Positions 30,888 through 39,894 of a DNA stretch of 41,822 bases are shown here, one piece after another (position 1 is the first letter of the stretch; every line of letters begins with the position of its first letter). Location of the stretch: the IMG/VR virus record IMGVR_UViG_3300030098_003679, positions 1 through 41,822 of that record; one strand, given 5' to 3'. Position numbers and translations under genes: made by a program. This stretch comes from a virus. Its lineage: Duplodnaviria; Caudoviricetes. The notes under the pieces were generated by a model. That model was not told the DNA's origin. It saw only the letters and a program-made list of their open reading frames with translations, and searched no databases.

Positions 30888-31448
30888 CTATGATGGGTCA
30901 ACACCAATTCCACCAACAAAAGCATCTGAAAGAGTACCTTGAAGGCCTAAACCTTCAGCATACTCAGCATTTACTCCAGATACTAAAAACTTAAATGTAA
31001 TTACATCTAAATCATGAGTGTCATCATTCATTGTTAACCTATACCAAGGAAGAGTATAGTCTGATAAATCTACTGTAAACAAATGCACAGCATTTGCTGC
31101 AGCCTCAGGATTTAAATCAGCGCTTAATTCAGAACCGATTCTAACCCAGTTTTTACCATCCACACTGCCTTCAATCTGAAAACCAGAAGCACTAGTTCCA
31201 GTTCCTTCAGCTGCTACAATATGAACACCAACTACTATCTTTTTACCGTTAACCCAAGGACCTTTAACAGCAGGACTAATCATCTCTGCGTCAGTAGTAC
31301 CAGGGTCAAAAGTAGCGTGAGATAAATATGTTATCCCACCTTCTTGATATGATATCCATTTTCCATAAGCTACATCATTAGCATGAGTAGTCCCATCTGT
31401 AATCGCTGTTCCAGTTGAGCCATTTGGTCCTATACCTAATAAAGCCAT
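30888..31448 (-). CDS. Putative capsid auxiliary/decoration protein (186 aa)
   Basis: Directly after the MCP with an AAGGAG SD and upstream of the UUCG hairpin, which suggests high copy number. FQIEGSVDGKNW beta-sandwich motif. Confidence 0.55.
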   Translation of the reverse strand: MALLGIGPNGSTGTAITDGTTHANDVAYGKWISYQEGGITYLSHATFDPGTTDAEMISPAVKGPWVNGKKIVVGVHIVAAEGTGTSASGFQIEGSVDGKNWVRIGSELSADLNPEAAANAVHLFTVDLSDYTLPWYRLTMNDDTHDLDVITFKFLVSGVNAEYAEGLGLQGTLSDAFVGGIGVDPS

Positions 31449-31462
31449 AATCTACTCCTTAC

Positions 31463-32848
31463 TTAAGAAAACTTAAGAACTGCGTGGGTTTCAGGCAAAC
31501 TAATTTCAAGACCAGCTTCGGTCAGAACCATGTCTGAACGGCCATCAACACCATTGTCTTGAACGTTAGTTTCAATAAAGGTATCTCGACTAATACCATT
31601 ACCCACTAGTGGTCTGTATGCTACATTCTTCATATCAACAGCTACGCAATAATCTTCCCAAGGTCCTCTTAATAGAGGTTCAGCTACAAAATGCAAATTA
31701 CCAAATATAGTATTTACAACTGTTACTGTGTGCCCAAAAGCACCAGGAATACTAGTAACGTCTAGTCGATATTGAGATGAGCCAACAGAATTGTTCATAA
31801 AAGAGCCATTACCTAGTTTATTTAAATAAGTAATAACTTTTCTAGAAGCAAGAACTAGCTTATTTCCTGAGTTTCCACTTTCAGGTGCAAAGAAATCCTC
31901 CATTGCATCTAAGAAAGCATCATACCCAGAAGAAGCATAAGACATATTATATACCTTACCATTAGTATTAGTATAAGGCAAAATACCCCAAGTAGTTCTA
32001 TATGGAGCATTTGTTGTTGATGTCTCATTAGATGAAGAGCCAACTCCAAATAAGAATGCTTGCTCTATATCCATTTTGTGCTCCATAAGTTTATCTTGCC
32101 AGATTCTTTGGAACTCATTCTTAATACCTCTATATTCTGTAGCAAGAGAAGTACCAGAAAAGATATTCATACCAGTTTTAAATATCTGAGTATATCCTTC
32201 ACTGTCGTACATTTTGTCTTCCCAACCTACAGGACTATCAGTACCCTCAGCCCATGCAGAGCCAATCACTTGACCTTTATTACCAATTGCAAAGCTTTCG
32301 CCTGAGCCAATATCCTCTAAAGGAATTAATGCTTTACCATTAATTTGAGTAATTCCTGTAGTATTAGCATCATGATTGATATACTTACCATCAGTCAATG
32401 TATTTTCTCTTTCTACTACTGCAGCGTGGTCAACTTTAAATTTAAAAACTGTACCACTATCTGCTTTTACAGCCACTACAACACCAGGAACAATAAATTC
32501 GCAATGATTGTCACTGCTGCTTATTTTTCCATAAGTATCATATCTAGCTGTTATATGTAAATCCTCTCCGTTCGCTAATGCTGTTCCAGCAGTCTCTGCT
32601 CCTGGATTAAATGTCGCATTTGCTACTTCAAAGTTTCTTCTTTGCCATTGATGACGTTGTTCTAAAAACTTAAACACAGGGTCGTTGGTCGCCTTTTTTG
32701 CAACTTTTGATAGATATACAAAAAATGGAGACTGTTGAGGAGCGAGTTCTGCAACTCTATCCCCAAAGTTAAATACTCTCCGTGTATCGTCAATAGAAAT
32801 ACCACCTGGCGTTGTGGCTCCAAAGCCACCACTGTATACGTTTGCCAT
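31463..32848 (-). CDS. Major capsid protein (HK97 fold, SU10-MCP/DUF5309-like, 461 aa)
   Basis: Follows the scaffold gene. SPFFVYLSK...NDPVFKFLE, GSAWAEG, YTQIFKT...EHKMDIEQAFLFG, and C-terminal LTEAGLEISLPETHA. Confidence 0.85.
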   Translation of the reverse strand: MANVYSGGFGATTPGGISIDDTRRVFNFGDRVAELAPQQSPFFVYLSKVAKKATNDPVFKFLEQRHQWQRRNFEVANATFNPGAETAGTALANGEDLHITARYDTYGKISSSDNHCEFIVPGVVVAVKADSGTVFKFKVDHAAVVERENTLTDGKYINHDANTTGITQINGKALIPLEDIGSGESFAIGNKGQVIGSAWAEGTDSPVGWEDKMYDSEGYTQIFKTGMNIFSGTSLATEYRGIKNEFQRIWQDKLMEHKMDIEQAFLFGVGSSSNETSTTNAPYRTTWGILPYTNTNGKVYNMSYASSGYDAFLDAMEDFFAPESGNSGNKLVLASRKVITYLNKLGNGSFMNNSVGSSQYRLDVTSIPGAFGHTVTVVNTIFGNLHFVAEPLLRGPWEDYCVAVDMKNVAYRPLVGNGISRDTFIETNVQDNGVDGRSDMVLTEAGLEISLPETHAVLKFS

Positions 32849-32922
32849 TTTTCTATTTCCTAATTAACACCCAATCCTATCAACTGCTTGTTAGCCTTCT
32901 AGGTGAGTGCCCCATACGGGAT

Positions 32923-33852
32923 TTACCAAGGATTTTTACTTTTAAAATCCGATATCATGTTATCCATAATTTGGTCTTCCGATGAGACTGTGTTTTTTCC
33001 AGCTGTTGGTTGCACACCCATTGGCTGTGGAACTTGCTGAGCTCTTTGAGCTTGCTGGAAAGTAGGGGAAGGTTCTGCAGGTTGCCCTTGCGTAGGGGCT
33101 GCGTTACCTTGTCCATTCTGCAGTCTATACAATTTGACCAAATTGTCAATTGAGATGGACGAAGGGTCTGACATTTGCTTTATAAAATCCTGAGATTCTT
33201 GAGGCGTCATTCCATAATTACCTTGCATAAGCTGGTCAACTTCTTTCATTTGATTAGCTTGCTGTATTTGAGCCTCACGAGCTTTAATAGCTCTAGTTCT
33301 CTCTTCTTCCATTTTTTCCATTTTCTCTCTTACAAGAGCATTGTCGTATTGGTTTCTAAGAGAATTATACTCATCCATTTTATCTCGCCATTCATCTACT
33401 TCATCCAAATATCTAGCAGATTCACTACTAGAGTCTTCAAAGGCTTCTTGCCTATTGAAGTTTCGAGGTTTAGCTGGTCTTTCTGGAGGTGGAGGAAATT
33501 CCTGAACTGCAGGTTCTGGCTCTGCTTGAGGTTGCTGCATTTGCTGTTGAGCTTGCTGCATCTGCTGTTGCATTTGCTGAATCTGATTGTCCTTTTGAGC
33601 TGCCTGTGATTGCCAGTATTGAAACCTTGTATCATCATTCTTTGCTTCTAAGGGCTGAGGTTGTTCCTGTACTTCTGAGGGTGCCGCTTCTGGGGCCTCT
33701 TCTCCAGTTTGCGCAGTAAACGCATCTGTTGGAGTCAATGTATTATCTACGGAGCTCTCTGGAGCTTCAGTCTGAGGAGCGTCTGTAAAAACGCTTTCAT
33801 CAAACATTTCATTGGCTGATTGAGAGGTATCCGTTCCTTGATTATCTACCAT
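32923..33852 (-). CDS. Capsid scaffolding protein (309 aa)
   Basis: Lies between portal and MCP. Acidic disordered N-terminus, YWQSQA motif and Q-rich coiled coils. Confidence 0.8.
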   Translation of the reverse strand: MVDNQGTDTSQSANEMFDESVFTDAPQTEAPESSVDNTLTPTDAFTAQTGEEAPEAAPSEVQEQPQPLEAKNDDTRFQYWQSQAAQKDNQIQQMQQQMQQAQQQMQQPQAEPEPAVQEFPPPPERPAKPRNFNRQEAFEDSSSESARYLDEVDEWRDKMDEYNSLRNQYDNALVREKMEKMEEERTRAIKAREAQIQQANQMKEVDQLMQGNYGMTPQESQDFIKQMSDPSSISIDNLVKLYRLQNGQGNAAPTQGQPAEPSPTFQQAQRAQQVPQPMGVQPTAGKNTVSSEDQIMDNMISDFKSKNPW

Positions 33853-36095
33853 TATTTTCTTCTCCTGTTTTTAGACTGCTTCTTTCCACTAGAAGGTGAG
33901 TCTTTTTCTTGTTTGTCTAGCTCAGACACATAATCTGTAATCTGACGCTTCACTGTGGATAGTGTGTCATCAAGACGCTTTTCATAAAGAGTGCTTGCAG
34001 CTTGAGATTTATTCTGAACCTTATCAAGTCCTGAAGCAAATTTCTCCACTTCAAGTTTTTTACGTAAGTTAACAGACTCTCTATCTCTAGTTTGCAAGTC
34101 TCCTTTGAGCTTCTTAATTTCTTCTTGAGCTCCTTGTAATGCTCCCTGTAACTTAGCAATAGTATCCATTCTTTGCTGAACACCTTCGGCATCGAACACC
34201 TCAGTCTTTTTAAGAACTTCCTGTCTATCAATAAGTCCCATTTGGAAAGCATCTTTATAGAACTCTAATTCTGCGTATCTATTTGTAGGTAAGGTTGAAC
34301 CTGCTACACATACTACGTCATATTTTCCAACGGTTATATCATTAAATATTTCAATTTCACCTGTTTTATCATCAACTAATCGTTGATTTAAAACATACTC
34401 ACTCAAAGAGTTATTTGGATTAACAACTCTAAATACTTTTTTAGTAGTATACAATTGTTGCATTAAAGGTATAGCAACTTGAGCTACTCGTGTTAAACCA
34501 GCTTCTATATCAGCTAATTTAGATTTAATCTTTCTTTGACCAAACTCATCTAAACTTATAGTAGCTTTATAAGTTTGAGGAGCTGCAGCAGTATTTCCTT
34601 GCATCATTTCATATATACCTAATTGATGGTCTATATCATTTTTTGCACTCATTTCATTTTGATAAAGTTCATTAGGTAGTGGAGATGGTTGAACAGCCAT
34701 AGGAGCACCATCGGTTGGGTCATAAGAGATTGCCACGCCTGGTTGAGCCCATTTCTGTTCAAAGTCAGCCATATCCACACTCCCTTCTGGGACAAGTATT
34801 TTTGTATTCGTACTAGTTGTTGCATGTGCTATTATTAATGACCTTGTTTTATTTATATACTCCTGCATACCTTTTACTAATCTTACATCTCCTACTGGAT
34901 AAGGACTCCTTGTATGGATATTCATAAAAGGCACGATTGGATATTGTTCTATTGGAAGAATTCTTTTATATAAAAGCTTGTCTCCAACTACTACACATTG
35001 ATGAACACGGCTCATTAATACTTTTACTACCTCAATTGCACCTTGCTCAATTAAATCTTTATAAGAAACTTCTAAAACATTAACTTCTCTTTGAGGAGGG
35101 TTAGGACTTTCAGCTAAAGCATCCAAACCTTCTTTTTCCATTTCCTTCTCAATTGCAAGCCTATGACCCATTTGCTCTGTCTTATTCTGTTCCTCTAAAA
35201 GCTGAATAAGCTGAGCAGCTTGATTCTTATCTGTTATAATTTGTCCTTCTATAATCCACGCAGGACGTTGAGAATACTTCTCAAATTTCTCCTCGTTTAA
35301 AACATCTTCTTTTCCACTCCATTGCTCAAACACTCTAAACTCTGGAATATGCTTCTTGTAATATCTTTCATATCCTCTTACATAGTTAGTATTATCTAAA
35401 GTTCCTACGTCTTCTGGGAAATGAACAGTTCCATCGAAATGTCTTCCAGTTTCTGGAGCATTCCAGTCTTGTTCGCTATTTGTCTCTTCTATATCCTTTT
35501 TAAACATTGGATATAGTTTTTTAGCCTGCTCTTTAGTGAACAGCCTTGATACTATAATATTTTCTGCATCATCAAAAAACCTATGCTGACTATTAGGGTC
35601 AACATAAACATCTAAAGGGTCTAAGTCGTGGATACAAACCTCACCTTTCCCCATATCCATCATTGGGTCTTGATATACTTGCATATATCCAATACCCATA
35701 ACATAATAGTCATCTACTACTTTTCTAACTACAGTAACACCATCTGATATGTCATACATGTAAGACAGTAAATTACTCATAACATTCGCTACTTTTTTGT
35801 CAGAATCTTCTCTTGGAGAAGCTCTAAAAGAAGGCCTGTTTGCTGTAATCATAGCTTTTGCTGTTTCAACAGCAGGATGGATTCTGTTAACCACTATAGC
35901 AGCTTGACCTCTAGCTTCTAATGTCTCCACTTGTTTAGTGGTCCATTGTTTTCCTAATCTAAACTCTCTATCTTCTTTTGCTTCGACAGCCCAAGTATCT
36001 CTTTTCTTGGAATATCTTTGATAAATATCTATCGTTTCATTAACGAAATCACGCTCGCTGTGAGCAGGTTTAGTATTATTGTCTTCATACGGCAT
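33852..36095 (-). CDS. Portal protein, P22-like (747 aa)
   Basis: EDREFRLGKQW...VVNRIHPAVE, DPLDVYVDP, YPIVPF...QEYINKTRS, GKYDVV and a C-terminal coiled-coil barrel. Follows TerL. Confidence 0.9.
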   Translation of the reverse strand: MPYEDNNTKPAHSERDFVNETIDIYQRYSKKRDTWAVEAKEDREFRLGKQWTTKQVETLEARGQAAIVVNRIHPAVETAKAMITANRPSFRASPREDSDKKVANVMSNLLSYMYDISDGVTVVRKVVDDYYVMGIGYMQVYQDPMMDMGKGEVCIHDLDPLDVYVDPNSQHRFFDDAENIIVSRLFTKEQAKKLYPMFKKDIEETNSEQDWNAPETGRHFDGTVHFPEDVGTLDNTNYVRGYERYYKKHIPEFRVFEQWSGKEDVLNEEKFEKYSQRPAWIIEGQIITDKNQAAQLIQLLEEQNKTEQMGHRLAIEKEMEKEGLDALAESPNPPQREVNVLEVSYKDLIEQGAIEVVKVLMSRVHQCVVVGDKLLYKRILPIEQYPIVPFMNIHTRSPYPVGDVRLVKGMQEYINKTRSLIIAHATTSTNTKILVPEGSVDMADFEQKWAQPGVAISYDPTDGAPMAVQPSPLPNELYQNEMSAKNDIDHQLGIYEMMQGNTAAAPQTYKATISLDEFGQRKIKSKLADIEAGLTRVAQVAIPLMQQLYTTKKVFRVVNPNNSLSEYVLNQRLVDDKTGEIEIFNDITVGKYDVVCVAGSTLPTNRYAELEFYKDAFQMGLIDRQEVLKKTEVFDAEGVQQRMDTIAKLQGALQGAQEEIKKLKGDLQTRDRESVNLRKKLEVEKFASGLDKVQNKSQAASTLYEKRLDDTLSTVKRQITDYVSELDKQEKDSPSSGKKQSKNRRRK

Positions 36096-36108
36096 AATTT
36101 TTACCCCT

Positions 36109-36136
36109 AATATACACTACATTGTCATCCAATCAA
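36109..36136 (-). promoter_or_regulatory. Putative late promoter TTGATT-N16-TATATT upstream of the portal gene
   Basis: Same TTG...TATATT spacing as the other three copies. Overlaps the TerL stop. Confidence 0.5.
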
Positions 36137-37610
36137 AGACTTTTTTTGTTAAACTTTTTTCTTTAGCTTCACCATCATATTCTTTTAGTCTACAAGGCTT
36201 GTGTCCATCGAGTGCAGTCCATACTGCATCCATGACATCATCATGCTTCCCTTTAGGATAAGATAAGAACTCTTGTTGAGGCTCTATATCTTGTGGTCTA
36301 AAGTAAAATTGCTTCTTTGCAAACAAAGGAACTAGTGACATAAGTCTTTCACTTTTTGAGTTTCTTGGTTTCACACCTGTTTCTAGTCCAGGTATGTATA
36401 AATTTTCTTCTCTCATTAAATCTCTTACAGCAACTCTTAATGCTTCTTGATATCCAACAGTCTCTACTTTCATTCTTCTAGGTCTATACTTTTTATAAGC
36501 ATCTATCAATATTTTTGGTTGCTCAGCAGGTGATATACGGTTTCTATAAACGTCGATAATATACTTATTGTTGTCATGGTCAACACCAATAGTAGCCACA
36601 ACGAAAAAGTCAGCCCTAGCAGAAAGAGAACTGGCAGGGTCAACACCGCAGTAGACATCCACTGGTATAATCTTCTTTTCATCTCCAACCTCTCTTACTA
36701 GACAATTCTGCCCATTTATTCTTTCATAATCATAATGATGTAATTGAATCCACTCTGGTTTAAATGGTGCATTATCAGGAGATTGAGCAATGTTCATATA
36801 CTCCTGATAAAAACCATTTAGATTACCAACAGATTCAAACTCTTTCTTTATTCCAAGAATCCTGCTCTTGGGAAATCTTTCGGGCCATATACTCTTTTCC
36901 TCGTCATTCCATATAGAATACCATAGTACTTTCCATGTTTCCGACTCTTTAGCCCAATATAGAAAACAATCTTCCGATATAACAGTTCCAATCATACATA
37001 TCTTCCCATCATCTGATAGTGAAGGTATAACCGCTTCTGTCATCCATTTTCTATTCTTAGCTCTAGCTTCTGGGGTAAATGCATTTAATTCTGATTCAAA
37101 GTCATCCACTACAATAAGATTAGGACGAGTATCACCTTCAATAAAACCCCTAACTCTTTGTCCAGTACCTACCGCTATTATTCTTGTTCCATTAGCAAGT
37201 ACTACATCTGTATGGGTCCACCTACTTGCTGTATTCGGCCCCATATCTCCAAAGGTCTTTCTAAAATTGTCACTATGGGTTAAATGATATTTAATTCTAG
37301 ATAAGAAGTTTATAGACTGGGCCTGTGATTCTGATATGATAACTATAAATAAATCTTCATCACTTCTTTTAAACGCCAATCTCCATAGAGGATAAATCAG
37401 AGTGGTGACAGTGCTCTTAGCCGTTCCCCTAGGGGCAGCTATCAACACTCTTTTTTCGTCGTCGTCAGCTAAGGCAGAATACACCTCATGATGGAACGGG
37501 GGTGTTTGTTTGCGGAGGGCAGTCGGGAAGCAGTACCTTCCGAACAACGCCATATTGTTCCGCAGTTTCTGTAACGCACGTAATTCTTCGTGCCGAGCTT
37601 CGTAATCCAT
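36117..37610 (-). CDS. terL: Terminase large subunit (497 aa)
   Basis: Walker A APRGTAKST, Walker B LIVVDDFE, MIGT coupling motif, FYQEYMN, and nuclease motifs GVDPA and HDDVMDA. Confidence 0.95.
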   Translation of the reverse strand: MDYEARHEELRALQKLRNNMALFGRYCFPTALRKQTPPFHHEVYSALADDDEKRVLIAAPRGTAKSTVTTLIYPLWRLAFKRSDEDLFIVIISESQAQSINFLSRIKYHLTHSDNFRKTFGDMGPNTASRWTHTDVVLANGTRIIAVGTGQRVRGFIEGDTRPNLIVVDDFESELNAFTPEARAKNRKWMTEAVIPSLSDDGKICMIGTVISEDCFLYWAKESETWKVLWYSIWNDEEKSIWPERFPKSRILGIKKEFESVGNLNGFYQEYMNIAQSPDNAPFKPEWIQLHHYDYERINGQNCLVREVGDEKKIIPVDVYCGVDPASSLSARADFFVVATIGVDHDNNKYIIDVYRNRISPAEQPKILIDAYKKYRPRRMKVETVGYQEALRVAVRDLMREENLYIPGLETGVKPRNSKSERLMSLVPLFAKKQFYFRPQDIEPQQEFLSYPKGKHDDVMDAVWTALDGHKPCRLKEYDGEAKEKSLTKKVFDWMTM

Positions 37611-38368
37611 TATTCTTCTTCTTTTATAGTAGTCCTTGTCGCAAGAAGTTTATTCTCTTCCTCTCTAAGCTCATCTATAAGTTTAGTAGTAGAAGTAGCT
37701 TCTAATGTATCCGTAGTCTTTACAAGATGCTTGTCTTTCATACCATGCATATCTTGCAAGTTCTCTATAGCTCTCATTAGGTTAGTGACATCTTTCTTGT
37801 CTCTAGCCATCCCTATTGTTCTTTCTAATAATTCAAGAGTATAATTCTCTGTCATTCCATGGTCTGACAATAATTTACTTAATTCTTCTCTTACCATACC
37901 TTTAAATACCTCCGTTCTCATGTAGCGTTTAACTCTTCTATTCTCGTTAGATGTTACCTCGCCACATACTTTTGCTATAGTCTCCTCAGTATTCATAGTC
38001 TGAGCATACACCATAGCTAGATTCTGCATTTTCTTTTGTTTTGCCTTAACTTCAATTGGTCTTTTTCCGCTCATAGTAGTGTTAGACTTCCTTCCTTTAA
38101 CTTTTAGCTCTCTTCCTCTATATCTAGGGTTATAGAAAGTATATCCCCAGGCAAACCTGAGGTAGACATTATCGATTCTATTATTTGATTTATACGATTT
38201 TTTTGTAATAACTTTCGATACGAAACCATCGTCAGATAATGCCCATTGTCCTTCTCCTGCATCTCTCCAATGATTATATTCAAGTCCTTCTTTATCGGCT
38301 TCTTCTTGTGTATAGATTTCATAGGTCTTAGCTCCTATGTCTTTGTGTTTAATTGTAATAGTATACAT
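37610..38368 (-). CDS. Putative terminase small subunit (252 aa)
   Basis: TAATG-coupled directly upstream of TerL. Helical C-terminal oligomerisation-like region. The call is mostly positional. Confidence 0.55.
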   Translation of the reverse strand: MYTITIKHKDIGAKTYEIYTQEEADKEGLEYNHWRDAGEGQWALSDDGFVSKVITKKSYKSNNRIDNVYLRFAWGYTFYNPRYRGRELKVKGRKSNTTMSGKRPIEVKAKQKKMQNLAMVYAQTMNTEETIAKVCGEVTSNENRRVKRYMRTEVFKGMVREELSKLLSDHGMTENYTLELLERTIGMARDKKDVTNLMRAIENLQDMHGMKDKHLVKTTDTLEATSTTKLIDELREEENKLLATRTTIKEEE

Positions 38369-38650
38369 TTACTTTACTAAGTCTTTCAACTTAAGCTTCT
38401 TAAGGTCGTCTATCTTTTCCTCTACTTTCTCTACATTACTCTCTATTTTAGCTTCAACCTTATCAACTTTCTTTTGTACTTCTTCTTTCTTAGCTTCAAT
38501 CTTTTCTTTTGTTTCTTCCTTAAATTCTTCTACCTTTTTTTTGACTTCTCCATTAAATATAGCACCTAAATCAGTGGTATACAGCAATATAGCAATGCCA
38601 CCACATAGTGTCAATATTATTGATAATTTCTTAATAACTTTATCTAGCAT
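38369..38650 (-). CDS. Membrane-anchored K/E-rich coiled-coil protein (93 aa)
   Basis: N-terminal TM helix followed by K/E heptad-like repeats. Located next to the lysozyme-fold gene. Confidence 0.65.
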   Translation of the reverse strand: MLDKVIKKLSIILTLCGGIAILLYTTDLGAIFNGEVKKKVEEFKEETKEKIEAKKEEVQKKVDKVEAKIESNVEKVEEKIDDLKKLKLKDLVK

Positions 38651-39186
38651 TATAATCCTGGATAATGAGACCTTACTTGCTTAACAAAGTGCTCTGGGGT
38701 CCCTTTTCCCGATTTTGTATTCCAGTATTCCTTCCAATAATCAGCCTGACCTTCTAAGTCACTTGGAACAGACTCTGGAACACTTGCCAGTCCCATCCTC
38801 GTCAAAGCTGCCCCTATTAAAGGGTTATGCCCTTCTTCTTTTAAATCTAAACTAAGTATATCGAAATCAGGCCTATTTAATGCACCCCTCAAATACTCAT
38901 TAACCATGTCAGCTCTTTTTCCAGCGTTACCTCCACCCTGAGCTCTTTGAACTATATCTTTATAACGAATGTCATCTATCTGAAAAGGGCTAAATGAATA
39001 GTCTCCTAGAGTATCTGTACCCAGATTGCTTTCTGTAGCCGCTATGTTCTTCATAAATTGACCAGCATCATCCATACCAAAGCGCATAAATAGTTGGTTT
39101 ATAGAGTCAATATCAGCCTCTAAGCCAGTCTTGCCCATAACTTCCTTGCTTCTATTTAATTCATCGACTAAATAGTCAGCGCTCAT
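38650..39186 (-). CDS. Lysozyme-fold/lytic transglycosylase-like protein, candidate endolysin (178 aa from MSADYL)
   Basis: IAATESNLG (candidate catalytic Glu-Ser), SPFQI (GLMQ equivalent) and QADYWKEYWNTKSGKGT. ATG 39186 is preferred because it follows the upstream TAA at 39188-39190. Confidence 0.6.
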   Translation of the reverse strand: MSADYLVDELNRSKEVMGKTGLEADIDSINQLFMRFGMDDAGQFMKNIAATESNLGTDTLGDYSFSPFQIDDIRYKDIVQRAQGGGNAGKRADMVNEYLRGALNRPDFDILSLDLKEEGHNPLIGAALTRMGLASVPESVPSDLEGQADYWKEYWNTKSGKGTPEHFVKQVRSHYPGL

Positions 39187-39187
39187 A

Positions 39188-39622
39188 TTAGTACCCTTCA
39201 GGGGCTTCGAAATTGCCACCCATATTAAAATACTCAGAACCACCTGTAGTGCCATAATTCCCTCCTTCATACATATTGTCCTCTACTGAAGGAACATTAA
39301 ACCTTCTCTCAGGCATGTTCATACCAAAAGCTAGCAATCCTCCAGCAGGTTCTACACTCTCTCCTTCGTAGTACCCAGGATACTCTTCTTCTGGTAAAAA
39401 GCTAGAGAAATAATTAGCAATATTAGGCATATCCTCGTCACTTAGGTTAGCAAACATAGGATTGCCCCTACTTAGCATGAAGTCTACCATACTAGGTGAC
39501 TCCCTTACTTCATTCTGTTTAAGGAAGTTGCTCATAGCTCTTCCATAAGCTCTTTCTTTCCCATAGTTCCTACCTTCTGAATACATATCATAAGGCATGT
39601 CTGTTGCATCAAAGTTTGCCAT
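39188..39622 (-). CDS. Hypothetical acidic protein (144 aa)
   Basis: AAGGAG SD. M/E/G/Y-rich. No family recognised. Confidence 0.65.
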   Translation of the reverse strand: MANFDATDMPYDMYSEGRNYGKERAYGRAMSNFLKQNEVRESPSMVDFMLSRGNPMFANLSDEDMPNIANYFSSFLPEEEYPGYYEGESVEPAGGLLAFGMNMPERRFNVPSVEDNMYEGGNYGTTGGSEYFNMGGNFEAPEGY

Positions 39623-39719
39623 TCTTTCTCCTTGCTTTCTTAGCTCTTTTATAGGCCTTTACGGCTTGATTTGCTTTCTTCTTAGCTTGTTTACGATGTT
39701 TTGCTTTTTTATTCGGCAT
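39609..39719 (-). CDS. Very small basic protein, first gene of the late arm (36 aa, MPNKKAKHRKQAKKKANQAVKAYKRAKKARRKNGKL), absent from the ORF track
   Basis: ATG at 39719, 7 nt downstream of the TATATT box (probably leaderless). Its 3' end carries the SD of the next gene and overlaps its start. Confidence 0.65.
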   Translation of the reverse strand: MPNKKAKHRKQAKKKANQAVKAYKRAKKARRKNGKL

Positions 39720-39726
39720 TTGGGCA

Positions 39727-39754
39727 AATATACAACAAATAAACGGTTTTCCAA
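39727..39754 (-). promoter_or_regulatory. Putative main late promoter TTGGAA-N16-TATATT
   Basis: Identical hexamers to the 13471-13499 element, at the head of the late arm. Confidence 0.65.
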
Positions 39755-39849
39755 AATTTTTTTTAAAAAATATTTTTAAGGTCGAAGTGTACTAAGTTGC
39801 TAACCTAGGTAATGTTTTATTTATTTAGGTTGTCAATAAGTGTTATCCT

Positions 39850-39894
39850 GGTGTATACACCTAGTTATAACTAGGAATATAATCAAATATTTGA
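39850..39894. repeat. Cluster of perfect palindromes
   Basis: GGTGTATACACC (39850-39861), CCTAGTTATAACTAGG (39860-39875), TCAAATATTTGA (39883-39894). Confidence 0.85.

Noticed and set aside
39187-39270. N-terminal extension of the lysozyme-like ORF (track start 39270), which looks like a signal-anchor
   Set aside because: It overlaps the upstream gene by 83 nt, and ATG 39186 follows the upstream stop directly. A SAR-like longer form cannot be fully excluded.
109-39719. Stop-codon reassignment as in some crAss-like phages
   Set aside because: Genes are full length in the standard code, and TAA, TAG and TGA are all used as genuine stops.
3561-39779. Plus-strand ORFs antisense to the late arm (e.g. 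24117-24674, 33175-33609, 36868-37287) and short alternative-frame minus-strand ORFs
   Set aside because: They are shadows of well-supported minus-strand genes, with no SD and implausible composition.
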